Source: Myxococcota bacterium
GTDB taxonomy: Bacteria; Myxococcota_A; UBA9160; SZUA-336
Length of the DNA stretch: 64,000 bases
Direction: 5' to 3'
NCBI GenBank assembly: GCA_965247115.1
Contig: CBDFGR010000002.1
Location: 1,952,001-2,016,000, forward strand
Shown: positions 30,919 to 40,906 of the stretch, piece by piece
Position numbering within the stretch: position 1 is the stretch's first letter
How the letters are laid out: every line of letters begins with the position of its first letter
The notes under the pieces: model-generated
Told to the model about the DNA's origin: nothing
The model's database searches: none
The model's input: the letters and a program-made list of their open reading frames with translations, nothing else
Position numbers and translations under genes: made by a program

Positions 30919-31455
30919 GTGGATCCCGTACTCGCGCTCATGCTCCGACTGAGCCTGGCCTGGCTGCTTGGCTGGGCTGCGCTGCACAAGCTGCGCGATT
31001 TCTCAGGTTTCCGTGTCGTCCTCAGCGAGTATCGCCTGGTTCCCGAGTTTGCGATGGGGCTCTTGGCAGCGTTTGCCATCAGTGCTGAGGTTCTGATCGC
31101 CGTCGGGTACCTCGTCCCGGCCTGGAGCCCGGCCGCGGGAGTTGCAGGAGCTTGCCTGTTTGGGCTCTACGCGGCCGCGATCGGCGTCAATCTGGCGCGC
31201 GGCCGCAGCCACATCGACTGCGGGTGCTTCGGACCGGCCCGGCATGAGCCGATCTCACGCGCGCTCGTCGCGCGCAACCTGGTGTTGGCTGCTGCTTCGG
31301 CCGCGTGCCTGTTGCCGCAGGCGGCCCGCTCGTTGGTCTGGCTCGACGCGATCACGATCGCGGGGGGCGTACTGTTCCTCGCGGCGAGCTATGCAGCCGC
31401 CACCCGCCTGATCACTCCAGCCCACGAGCTGGCGCGTTTGCGCGCGGGGGAGTGA
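30919..31455 (+). CDS. mauE: Methylamine utilisation protein MauE
   Basis: HKLRD, NLARGRSHIDCGCFG and ARNL motifs; TM helices. Confidence 0.92.
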   Translation: MDPVLALMLRLSLAWLLGWAALHKLRDFSGFRVVLSEYRLVPEFAMGLLAAFAISAEVLIAVGYLVPAWSPAAGVAGACLFGLYAAAIGVNLARGRSHIDCGCFGPARHEPISRALVARNLVLAAASAACLLPQAARSLVWLDAITIAGGVLFLAASYAAATRLITPAHELARLRAGE

Positions 31456-32072
31456 CGGTGGAGCAGGCGCTAGGAATCTCCAACGTGCTGCTTTGGATCT
31501 CCGTGGTGATCATGGGGGGCGTGATCCTGGCGCTGGTGCGACAGGTCGGCGTGCTCCACGAGCGGATCGCCCCCGTCGGGGCGCTCGTGACCGGCTCCGG
31601 TCCCCGTGTGGGTGAGACCGCTCCCCCCTTCGAGCTCGCCGACCTTCGTGGCGAGCCCGCCAGCGTCGGCGGAGAGCGAGCGGACGGCCTGCACACGCTG
31701 CTGTTCTTCCTCTCTCCGACCTGTCCGGTCTGCAAGACCTTGCTGCCGGTACTCGACTCCATCGTGCGCCGCGAGCGCCGCTGGCTCCGTGTGCTGCTGG
31801 CCAGCGACGGCCCGCGTGCGGAACACGAGGCGTTCGTGGCTGATCGGGGCCTGGAGAGCTTCCCTTATCTGCTCTCGACAGAGCTCGGAGTAACCTACAG
31901 GGTGAGCCGCCTGCCGTTCGCAGTGCTGATCGATTCCGTGGGCGTGATTCGTGCCCAAGGGCTCGTGAACTCTCGCGAGCACGTCGAGAGCCTGTTCGAG
32001 GCGAACGAGCTCGGCGTGGGGTCTCTCCAGGACTACTTCGCCGACGAACGCAAGCAAAAAGGAGCCGCGTAA
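31452..32072 (+). CDS. mauD: Methylamine dehydrogenase accessory protein MauD
   Basis: LVRQVGVLHERIAPVGAL, SPTCPVCK and GLVNSREHVESL motifs; GTGA overlap with mauE. Confidence 0.93.
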   Translation: MTVEQALGISNVLLWISVVIMGGVILALVRQVGVLHERIAPVGALVTGSGPRVGETAPPFELADLRGEPASVGGERADGLHTLLFFLSPTCPVCKTLLPVLDSIVRRERRWLRVLLASDGPRAEHEAFVADRGLESFPYLLSTELGVTYRVSRLPFAVLIDSVGVIRAQGLVNSREHVESLFEANELGVGSLQDYFADERKQKGAA

Positions 32073-32076
32073 TCCC

Positions 32077-32622
32077 ATGACAGCGAGACGGACATCGATC
32101 GACGAGTGGATGGAGGTGCTGGCACGGTCGCTGGCGCGGGGCACGTCACGCCGCAGCTTCCTCACGCGCGGCGGGGCCTTTCTTGTCGGAGCGGCGGGTC
32201 TCCCCCTCCTCCCGATCAACCGGGCATACGGCCAGGCGGCGCCCGACGAGTCGGGGCTGGAGGGAGACGCTGGCGATCCGTCGAGTTGCAATTACTGGCG
32301 TCACTGCGCGATGGACGGCTTCCTGTGCTCCTGCTGTGGCGGCAGCCAGGACACCTGCTCGCCCGGGACGGAGATGTCGGCCGTTACTTGGATCGGCACC
32401 TGCCACAATCCCGTCGAGGACAAGGACTACGTGATCTCCTACAACGATTGCTGCGGACACGGCCCCTGTGCGCGTTGCTCGTGCAATCGCAACGAAGGAG
32501 AGAAGCCGATCTACGTGGCGCCAAAGAACAACGACATCCTGTGGTGCTTTGGCGCTCAGAGCCAGAACTACAGCTGCACCGTGGCCAGGGTGCTGGGCGT
32601 AGCTGAAGAACTGAATTCGTGA
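32077..32622 (+). CDS. mauA: TTQ amine dehydrogenase small subunit
   Basis: Tat signal SRRSFL; Cys-rich; the two TTQ tryptophans in VTWIGTC and NDILWC; YNDCCG. Confidence 0.95.
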   Translation: MTARRTSIDEWMEVLARSLARGTSRRSFLTRGGAFLVGAAGLPLLPINRAYGQAAPDESGLEGDAGDPSSCNYWRHCAMDGFLCSCCGGSQDTCSPGTEMSAVTWIGTCHNPVEDKDYVISYNDCCGHGPCARCSCNRNEGEKPIYVAPKNNDILWCFGAQSQNYSCTVARVLGVAEELNS

Positions 32623-33071
32623 AGCGGCTGGGGTGCATCGCGCCCCTCGCCTTGACGGCGATCGCCGTCTTCACGGCTGGTGCACAGGTTTCGCTCTCGG
32701 GTCCGCGGCTGCACTACGTCCTGCACTGCCAGGGTTGTCATCTGGAGGACGGCCGCGAGACGCCTGACAGCGTCCCGGGACTGGGCAGCGTGGGGCTCTT
32801 TCTGCAGGTGCCCGGAGGCAGGGAGTTCCTGATTCGCGTGCCGGGCGTGGCGAACGCGCCGCTCGACGACGCCGAGGTCGCAGCCCTGCTCAACTGGATG
32901 GTCGAGGCGTTTGGCGGCGAGCAGACCCCCCCGAGTTGGGTCCGCTATACGGCGAAGGAGGTGGCCAGCCAGCGACCGCTTCCGCTGATCAAAGTCGAGA
33001 AGACTCGGGCCGCGCTCCTGCGTGCGGCAGGGCTCGCGCCCGACTCCCATGCGACGGGAGTCGGTCCCTGA
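32619..33071 (+). CDS. Periplasmic monoheme cytochrome c, probable electron acceptor of the amine dehydrogenase
   Basis: Signal peptide, CQGCH, GREFLIRVPGV; 4-bp overlap with mauA. Confidence 0.85.
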   Translation: MKRLGCIAPLALTAIAVFTAGAQVSLSGPRLHYVLHCQGCHLEDGRETPDSVPGLGSVGLFLQVPGGREFLIRVPGVANAPLDDAEVAALLNWMVEAFGGEQTPPSWVRYTAKEVASQRPLPLIKVEKTRAALLRAAGLAPDSHATGVGP

Positions 33072-33080
33072 GAAACGCAA

Positions 33081-33116
33081 TGGCCGGACGGGGCTCCGTT
33101 TCGCCCCGTCCGGCCA
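33081..33116. terminator. 14-bp stem hairpin after the mau operon
   Basis: TGGCCGGACGGGGC-8 nt-GCCCCGTCCGGCCA, about 10 nt after the stop; no clear U-tract. Confidence 0.6.
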
Positions 33117-33249
33117 CTAGCTCTCGGCCGTGTACGTCCGCTCTAGAAGGCTCGGTCTACGGGCGTGCGCCCGTCGGAGACCGCGACGACGTCGGTGCGC
33201 TCGCCACGCCAGGTGCGCGAGCTTTGATTCGCTCTTTCGTCGCGGGCGA

Positions 33250-33280
33250 AGGCTCCCGCGCACACGGTGCGCGGGAGCCT
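33250..33280 (-). terminator. 14-bp stem hairpin after the truncated TonB receptor copy
   Basis: AGGCTCCCGCGCAC-ACG-GTGCGCGGGAGCCT. Confidence 0.55.
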
Positions 33281-33314
33281 AGCGTCGCTTGCTATCGGGC
33301 GCGCAGGTTCGTTT

Positions 33315-34694
33315 TCAGAAGTCGTATCTTACGGTGACTCCATACATGCGTGGCCTCGAGGACCCGAGCTGATCCAGACCGAACCCGGCGATGTCGAAGA
33401 TGTTCGTGACGTAAACCTTGTCGTTCCAGTTCCTGATCCAGAGGCTGATCTCCGTTCGATCATCGGGAAGTCGATAGGAGAAGTTGCCGTTCAGGAGCCA
33501 GACCGAGCCCTGCGCGTGCCGGGCGAGGTTGTCGGCGTAGAAGTGAACCTTGTCGGAGAAGCTCGTAGAGACCTGCGCTCGCGCTACGCCGTCCCCCACA
33601 TTGATCTCGTAGGCAATGGACCCACTTCCCGAGTAGTTGGGGGCGGGAAAAGTCGCCTCCGGGTTGAAGGCGTCGGAGCAATCATTCGTTTCGGTGGGCA
33701 TGCAGAGCTTATCGGCCCTTTCCTGAGTGCCCAACGAAGCGCTGAATCCGCCACTCTTGAAGCCCCGCTTGTAGCTCGCGTACACCATGATGTCATCGGT
33801 GAGCTGGTAGTCGAGCACGGCCTTTCCGCTGATGGCCTGCCAGCTATCGCTTTCATCCCTTCCCTGTCCGCAGTTCGCCGGGTCATAGTGGATGTCTATG
33901 TTGGAGCCGCAAGGGGTTCCCTGGGCGGTACCCCCCTCTGGGTCGTCGGGGTCGTATTCCAGGAAATTAGACGCGTCTTGCCTGCTCTGCTTCCTCTCCC
34001 AGCTGTAGCGAAGCCCACCGGTGAAAGTGAGGCGCTCGGTCAGCTCGTAGCTCGCCTCGCCGAAGAATGCGTAGTTCTCTGTGAAGAACTTGTCGCCACC
34101 AATCGACTTCGTCCAAAACCCGAAGTCGCGACCGATCGTACCGTCCGGCGGGAGGTACGCGTCGGCGCGGGTTCTGATATTCGACTGGAAGTACCACGCT
34201 CCAGTCAGCCACTGCAGACGACTGTCTCCGTCCGACGCCAGGCGTAGCTCCTGGGAGAACTGGTGGCTACGGTCGTCGGCCCTGTAGTGGTAGAGCCAAA
34301 GGGGGCCGGAGTCGAGGTCCTCCCACTCGGTCGAATCGACGCGCTCGATCGCCGTGATGGAGGTCAGGGTGACGGGGCCCAGACGGGTGTCCATGTCGTA
34401 GTTGGTCGTTAGCGCGGCGCCCCAGAGGTTGATCTCTTCATCGACGGGCTCGGGCGTCGAGGCGTCGTGCAGGCGATCCTTACCGCCGTACACATGCCCG
34501 CCAAGGCTCGCACAGCCCCCGTCAGGACGGCGGTCCTGGGGTCGCGACGGGCAGTTGAACGGATCCCTGAAGTCGCCTGTGGAACGGTCGATGAAGTTGA
34601 AGCTCGGGCCATCGACATCGTCGGGATCGAAGAGCCCTCGTTGAGCATAGGTCCAAGGGCCCTTGATCCGCCCCCCATGCAGGTTGAAGTTCAT
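33315..34694 (-). pseudogene. Truncated, internally deleted paralog of the adjacent TonB-dependent receptor
   Basis: Aligns to the full gene only from FN.H.GRIKGPW onward; lacks signal peptide, plug and about 110 internal residues; near-identical C-terminus ending RYDF; frame is open. Confidence 0.8.
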
Positions 34695-34782
34695 ATGGGC
34701 CTCTGAGCGGCCCCCCGGTGTCGGGTCTCTCCACGATCCTCCCCGAGTCAGGAGCTCATCCAGCGTAGTGTACCGCGATTGC

Positions 34783-34819
34783 AAACGTGCCAGGCGGCCA
34801 AGGGCCGCCTGGCACGTTT
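34783..34819 (-). terminator. Perfect 17-bp stem hairpin downstream of the intact TonB receptor
   Basis: AAACGTGCCAGGCGGCC-AAG-GGCCGCCTGGCACGTTT. Confidence 0.7.
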
Positions 34820-34862
34820 CAGGGCGGATTGTTTGTCTCTTGCTATCGGCCGGCGCGTCCGT

Positions 34863-37415
34863 TTAGAAGTCGTACCTCACGGTGACTCCATACATGCGTG
34901 GCCTCGAGGAGCCCAGCTGATCCAGACCGAAGTCGAAGATGTCGAAGACGTTTGTGACGTAGACCTTGTCGTTCCAGTTCCTGATCCAGAGGCTGATCTC
35001 CGTTCGATCATCGGGAAGCCGATAGGAGAAGTTGCCGTTCACCAGCCAGACAGAGCCCTGCCTGGCCCGGTCGATGTTGTCGGCTTTGTAGTGGACCTCG
35101 TCGGAGTAGCTCGTAGAAACCGCCGCTCGCAGTACGCCGTCCATGAGAGGAAGCTCGTAGGCAAGTGTCGCGCTTCCCGAGTAATTGGGGGCAGCGATCA
35201 TCTCGTTGCCCGAGAAGTCCGAACCACCCTGACTGACAGCTACCGCCGTTTCGTAGTCCTTGTACTCGGTGCTCAGCCACGCTGCCGCCACCCGGAGCTC
35301 CAAACCTGGAAGGGGGCGGGCAAACATGTCGATCTCGCCGCCCCAGATCGTGGCATCCGCTGCGTTTTCCAGGATTGCCACGACCTGCCCTCCTACCGAC
35401 GTGAGCGCGAACACCTGCAGGTCATCGTAGTCGTAGAAGAAGGTGCTGAAGTTGAAGCGAAGGCGCCGGTCGAACCACATCGACTTGAAGCCCGCCTCAT
35501 AGGCTAGCAGGATCTCCTCGTCGACCGTGGTGTTCAGCACGTGGGCGCCGTGCGTTGCCGGGTCCCTTGCGAGCCTATCCCCGGTGGTCAACGAACTGCT
35601 GAATCCGCCACTCTTGAAACCCCGCTTGAAGCTCGCGTACAACATGACGTCGTCGGTGAGCTGGTAGTCGAGCACGGCCTTTCCGCTGATGGCCGCCCAG
35701 CTATCGGACTCATCCCTGCCAGATCCGCAGTTTTCGGGGAGTTGGGCTTCTGGAGAGGAGCCGCAGGGTGTCCCCTGAGGGTTAGCCACGTCTGGCGCGG
35801 GTATGTCTCCCGAAAACGCCGAGCACTTCAATGTCACGTCGATCCGGAGACCATCAGCGTCATAGGGGCCGGTGCAGGGGCCGTAGCCAAAGTATACATT
35901 TCTAGATTGCCTGCTCGTCTTCCTCTCCCAGCTGTAGCGAAGCCCACCGGTGAAGCCGAGCCGCTCTGTCAGCTCGTAACTCGCCTCTCCGAAGAAGGCG
36001 TAGTTCTCTGTGAAGAACTTGTCGCCGTTTGAGCTCTGCGTCCAAAACCCGAAGTCGCCCCCGATAGAACCGTCCGGGGGCAAGTACGCGTCGTTCCGGC
36101 TTTGTATGCTCGACTGGAAGTACCACGCCCCAGCGAGCCACTGCAGCGGACCGTCTCCGGCCGACGTCGCGCGTAGCTCCTGTGTGAACTGGTGACTACG
36201 GTCGTCATCTCTGTAGTGGTAGAGCCAAGGGGTTGCGGCGTCGAGGTCCTCCCACTCGGTCGTATCGACGCGCTCGATCCCCGTGATCGAGGTCAGGGTA
36301 ACGGGGCCAAAGCGCGTGTCCATGTCGTAGTTGGCCGTCACCGAGGCGCCCCATAGATTGATCTCTTCATCGACGGGCTCGGGCGTCGTGGCGTCGTAGA
36401 GGCGATCGTCACCGCCGAACACAGCCCCTTCAAGGCTCGCACATTGGTTGTCAAAGATGTCCGTCGGGCAGGCAAAATTGCCCTCATCCTTGAACTCCCC
36501 GCCGGGGTTTGCCGGGGTCCGCGTGGCAGGGTCGATGAAGTTGAAACTCCTGCCATCGATAGTGTCGGGATCGAAGAGCCCTCTTTGCGCATAGACCCAA
36601 GGGCCCTTAATCCGGCCCGCGTGGAAGTTGAACAGCAGATCAAGATCCTCGGTTGCCTGGTAGCTGAGAAGGGAACGAAACCCCCAGTTGTCTTCTACAA
36701 AGAACTTATCGTGGCCTGGTCCATGGTTATCCATCCAGCCGTCCGTGTCCCTCCGCGCACCGGACAGGCGTAAAGCCATTCTCTCGTTGATCGGGATGTT
36801 GACGGCGCCCTCGAAGTTGAAGGTCTTATAGTTCCCGTAAGTGACCTGGCCGTACGCTTCGAACTCGTCGGTAGGCAGGTTCGAGTGCAAGTTCACCGCA
36901 CCGCCCGTCGTATTCTTGCCGTACAGCGTCCCCTGCGGTCCGCGAAGGACTTCCGTCCGGTCCATATCGAACGTCTGGAACATCATGCCCGGCTGCAACG
37001 CCATGTATATGCCGTCTTTGTAGACGCCCACGGAGCTCGCGACTTCCGCGCCGAAGTCACTGGTGCCGACACCACGGATGTAGATGGCCGGTCTCGCTTG
37101 GACGTAGACCTTGCGGATCTCAAGGTTCGGCGTCAGCTCCGCTACGGTGTACAGGTTGCGCATCTGGGCTGCATCGAGCTCGGCGCCCGTGAACGCGCTG
37201 ATCGAGATGGGGACGCTCTGACCGCCCTCCTCCCGCTTCCGCGCGGTGATCATGATCTCTTCGATCGCCCCTGGCGCGCTCCGCGCCTCCGCCTCCTGCT
37301 CCGTGCTCAGCTTCGCCCCTGGGCCCCCGGCTCCCATTTCGCCCGGCTCGTCCGCCAGGGCGCCTCCCGTGAAGAGGAGCACGAACGCTACGCTTAGTGC
37401 GGTGATAGTACGCAT
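34863..37415 (-). CDS. TonB-dependent outer membrane receptor
   Basis: Signal peptide, IEEIMITARKREE, IYIRGVG, EVLRGPQGTLYGKNTTGGA, GFKSGG and C-terminal Phe. Confidence 0.95.
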   Translation of the reverse strand: MRTITALSVAFVLLFTGGALADEPGEMGAGGPGAKLSTEQEAEARSAPGAIEEIMITARKREEGGQSVPISISAFTGAELDAAQMRNLYTVAELTPNLEIRKVYVQARPAIYIRGVGTSDFGAEVASSVGVYKDGIYMALQPGMMFQTFDMDRTEVLRGPQGTLYGKNTTGGAVNLHSNLPTDEFEAYGQVTYGNYKTFNFEGAVNIPINERMALRLSGARRDTDGWMDNHGPGHDKFFVEDNWGFRSLLSYQATEDLDLLFNFHAGRIKGPWVYAQRGLFDPDTIDGRSFNFIDPATRTPANPGGEFKDEGNFACPTDIFDNQCASLEGAVFGGDDRLYDATTPEPVDEEINLWGASVTANYDMDTRFGPVTLTSITGIERVDTTEWEDLDAATPWLYHYRDDDRSHQFTQELRATSAGDGPLQWLAGAWYFQSSIQSRNDAYLPPDGSIGGDFGFWTQSSNGDKFFTENYAFFGEASYELTERLGFTGGLRYSWERKTSRQSRNVYFGYGPCTGPYDADGLRIDVTLKCSAFSGDIPAPDVANPQGTPCGSSPEAQLPENCGSGRDESDSWAAISGKAVLDYQLTDDVMLYASFKRGFKSGGFSSSLTTGDRLARDPATHGAHVLNTTVDEEILLAYEAGFKSMWFDRRLRFNFSTFFYDYDDLQVFALTSVGGQVVAILENAADATIWGGEIDMFARPLPGLELRVAAAWLSTEYKDYETAVAVSQGGSDFSGNEMIAAPNYSGSATLAYELPLMDGVLRAAVSTSYSDEVHYKADNIDRARQGSVWLVNGNFSYRLPDDRTEISLWIRNWNDKVYVTNVFDIFDFGLDQLGSSRPRMYGVTVRYDF

Positions 37416-37421
37416 CCCGAA

Positions 37422-37465
37422 TCCCTCCTCGGATCGTCCGATTTCCCTCCTCGGATCGTCCGATT
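37422..37465. repeat. Perfect 22-bp tandem duplication covering the receptor RBS
   Basis: TCCCTCCTCGGATCGTCCGATT x2. Confidence 0.9.
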
Positions 37466-37615
37466 TTTAGCGATTTGCTCGACGATTGGGCCATGGTAGA
37501 ACCTGCATGTCAAGCACGAATCCGGCTCGCCTGCGGCTCCGGTGCAGCTGGGGATGCAAGAGCTGGCCGAGAGATCGGGTAGGCGCATGCGAACTACCGA
37601 GAAGGAGAGAGCTCG

Positions 37616-38982
37616 ATGACGGGTACCCGCGCGGACGTGTCCGGACCGATGAAGGCGATTCTGGAGGAGCTCCAAGCTCTGATGCCCGGATCCCAAAAGC
37701 TCGCGGAGAAGCATGGCCGCGTCCTGGCCCAGGAGGTCGTGGGCACGGTGAACATCCCGTATGCGTTCTACGTGCAGAGCGCCAAGGGGTCGCACGTGAC
37801 CGACGTGGACGGGCGGGAGTACATCGACCTCACCATGGGCTTCGGTCCGCTGTTGCTGGGCCACAACCCGGACGTGGCCGTCGCGGCCGCACGGGAGACG
37901 GCGGAGGACGTGGCACTTCACCTGGGCCTACCGAACCCCTACCAGGGGGAGCTCGGGGAGCTGGTCGTCGAGGCGTCTCCGTGCGCAGACAAGGTCGCGT
38001 TCTACAACTCCGGGACCGAGGCGACGATGTACGCGATTCGCGCCGCCAGGGCTTACTCGGGGAAGACGAAGGTAGCGGTCTTCGTGGGCTCGTATCACGG
38101 GGCGCACGACTACGTGCTCGCGAGAGCCGAGCCGAGCGAGAGTCCCGACGGACTGGAGACCCTGCCGCTGGGACACGGGATTCCGCGCGAGACGCTGGAT
38201 CAGCTGCTCGTACTCCCGTACCGGAACTCCTTCGCGTTCGACCTGATCCGCAAGCACAAGGACGAGCTGGCCCTCGTGATGATCGAGCCGGTCCAGAGCT
38301 CGAATCCTCGCGTAGACGTGGGGCCGTTCCTGCAGGAGCTGCGCTCGGTCTGCAGCGAGTCGGGCGTGATGCTGCTCTTGGATGAGGTGATCACCGGCTT
38401 CCGCCTCGGCTACCGAGGGGCGCAGGACTTCTTCGGCGTGAAGGCGGATCTGGCGAGCTTTGGCAAGGTGCTGGGCGGCGGCATGCCGATCGGCGCGGTT
38501 GCAGGTCGGACGACGTGATGGGCTGCTTCAGTCAAACCCGCAAGGGGAGCGAGATCTTCAGCGGGGGGACCTTCTGCGGCAACCCGATGTCGATGCGCGT
38601 GGGCAGCGCGGTGCTGAGGACCCTGCGAGCGAAGCCCGAGATCTACTCGCGTCTCGCCAGCGAGTCCGAGCGCCTCGCAAGCGCGATCAACGGCTTCTGC
38701 GAGGCGGAAGGCATGCCCGCGCGGCTGATGAACGCACAGTCGCAGTTCAAGCTCGTGTTCACCGACCAGCCGGTCGGCAGCGCTTGGGACCTGCCCTCAC
38801 CCCAGAGTACCGAGGCGGAGCTCGAGAAGCTCTTCTACGCCCACCTGCACAGGAACGGCGTCGTCGTGCCCGGCGTCCACATCTTCTTCCTGTCCGCGGC
38901 GCATACGCCCGACGATGTCGACGCTGTGAGCGACGCGTTCCAGAAGTCGTTCCTCGAGCTGCGGGAGGCTGGAGTCCTCTAG
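37616..38982 (+). pseudogene. Class III aminotransferase (GSA-aminomutase-like) with a 1-bp frameshift near 38510
   Basis: NSGTEA, YHG, DEVITGFR and GKVLGGGMPIGA in ORF 37616-38518; GGTFCGNP in ORF 38515-38982; joined as GR(x)DVMG by adding one base. Confidence 0.82.
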
Positions 38983-39008
38983 CTACATATCCCAGCGCTG
39001 CTAGTACT

Positions 39009-40010
39009 ATGCGGAGGGTGAGGTATCTGTGTGCGTTGCTGCTGGTTCCCTGGGCCTGGCTCGGGGGCTCGACCGCGGCCGCGGACGGTGCGGCGGCCCA
39101 GCTCACCGAGTGGCTCGTGCCCTGGGAGAAGACGCGGCCCAGGGACCCGTACGTGGAGAACGCCGAGCGCACCTGGTTCGTGGGCCAGCAGGGCGACTAC
39201 GTTGCGTACCTGATCCCCGCGTCTGGTGAGTTCCGGCGCTACGAGCTGGAACGGGGCGCAGGACCGCACAACCTGATCGTCGACGCGAACGGTCGCGTCT
39301 GGTACGCGGGCAACCGGGCCGCGCACATCGGCAAGCTCGATCCCGAGAGCGGCGAGATCACGAAGTACCCCATGCCGGAGCCCGAAGCCGGTGACCCCCA
39401 CACGCTCGTCTTCGACGGGGAGTTCGACATCTAGTTCAGCGTCCAGCGGGGAAACTTCGTCGGCAAGTTGACGGTCGCCACGGGCGAGGTGCAGCTCGTC
39501 CCTGTCCCAACGCCGCGCTCCCTGCCCTACGGCATCGTCGTCGACTCGCGGAACCGGCCCTGGTTCACGGAGTTCGGCACGAACAAGCTCGCGACCGTGG
39601 ATCCCGAGACCTTCGAGCTCCGCGAGATCACGCTGCCACGAAAGGGGGCCCGGCCGCGGCGACTCGTCGCGACCTCCGATGGCGGAATCTGGTATGTGGA
39701 CTACGCCGAAGGGTACCTCGGACGCTACGACCCCGAGCGCAGCGAGTTCCAGGAGTGGCCAGCCCCCGGAGGGAAGGACTCGCGCCCTTATGGAATGGCG
39801 GTCGACGACCAGGACCGCATCTGGTTCGCCGAGACCGGGGTCTACCCGAATCGCTTCGTTGGCTTCGACACGGAGAGCTCGAGGTTTCTCGGCATGAGCG
39901 AGATCGAGAGCGGAGGAGGCAGCGTCCGCCACATGGTCTTCCACGCGCCCAGCGGCGCCGTCTGGTTCGGAACGGACGCCAACACGATCGGCCGGGCGCT
40001 TCTGCCATAG
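39009..40010 (+). pseudogene. Exported Vgb (streptogramin lyase)-like beta-propeller with in-frame TAG at 39432-39434
   Basis: Repeated PH/PYG...WF/WY blades; both parts in the same frame; the TAG sits where Trp is expected (DI*FSVQ). Confidence 0.8.
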
Positions 40011-40043
40011 ACCCTTGTCGGTCGATCTAGATGATGAGGGGGG

Positions 40044-40814
40044 TCAGTCCGTGAGCTCGAACGAGACGGCCCCCACGCCGGCGATCTGCGCGGCGTACAC
40101 GCCCGTCCTCTCCGGGACGTGAGCGATCTGGGCGCCTGTGATCACGCCTTGACCCGCCTCGAGCCGCCGGCCGTGCCGCGCCAGATGGTTGGCGAGCCCG
40201 GCGACCACCTCGAAGTGAGAGCCCGCCTTGTGCGACCGCTCCATGATGCGCACGCCGTCGAGAGAGAGCTCCACGTCTAGCTCGCGGTCCGAGAAGTCCG
40301 GTGGAACCCCGAGCTCGGAACCGCTCACGACCGCGTAGTGCCCCATGCCGCTGGCGAGGAAGCCGCGGAATTTTTCGGGTTCGTTGGGGAGCGGTATCGC
40401 GCCCCCGACGATCTCGAAGCTCGGCCGCAGGCGCCCAACGGCCGCTCGCGCGTCGTCGGGGGTCGCGTCGGGCCCTTCGAGATCACGACCCATCACGACG
40501 CCGAGCTCCACCTCGAGCAGCAGATTCGGAATCCCCCGCGACAGCGCGCATCCCGACTCGAGGAACGCGTCGGCGAAGAGCGGAGCGGCGGGATTCCCTC
40601 CCAGCGACTCTCGGAGCGACGGCGGGGGGTTCCCCGACTTCCAGCCGCCGACTTCTCTTCCCGCGGCGAGGTGTCGCTGGAGCATGTCGAGCTGAAGGCG
40701 ATAGGCCGTCTCCACGCTGATTCCCATGAGCTCCTGCGGGAGGTCGCCCGTCTGAAGTCCTTTCCACAGGCCCTCGGCGAGGCTCTCTTCGGCGGCGTTA
40801 AGCTCGACCTCCAT
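40044..40814 (-). CDS. 2-keto-4-pentenoate hydratase-like (FAA hydrolase family) protein
   Basis: AYRLQ, GWKSG, EVELGVV, PSFEI and LEAGQGVITG motifs; divergent. Confidence 0.72.
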   Translation of the reverse strand: MEVELNAAEESLAEGLWKGLQTGDLPQELMGISVETAYRLQLDMLQRHLAAGREVGGWKSGNPPPSLRESLGGNPAAPLFADAFLESGCALSRGIPNLLLEVELGVVMGRDLEGPDATPDDARAAVGRLRPSFEIVGGAIPLPNEPEKFRGFLASGMGHYAVVSGSELGVPPDFSDRELDVELSLDGVRIMERSHKAGSHFEVVAGLANHLARHGRRLEAGQGVITGAQIAHVPERTGVYAAQIAGVGAVSFELTD

Positions 40815-40906
40815 CGTCCACTCCCTTTTCGCTACACCCTCGTCCTCTAGGAATCGTGCACGTCAGCCGTCAGTGTACCTCCGGCTGTTGTCGCTTCGTC
40901 CGGTCG

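Noticed and set aside
37616..38982. hemL assignment
   Set aside because: GSA-aminomutase-like fold, but the N-terminus lacks the typical PGGVNSPVRA motif and there is no heme-synthesis context.
39432..39434. Amber recoding (pyrrolysine or alternative code)
   Set aside because: TAG is a normal stop for many genes here, the position expects Trp (one base from TGG), and no pyl genes were seen.
39009..40010. Streptogramin resistance gene
   Set aside because: Exported Vgb-like propellers are widespread with unknown function; no resistance context.
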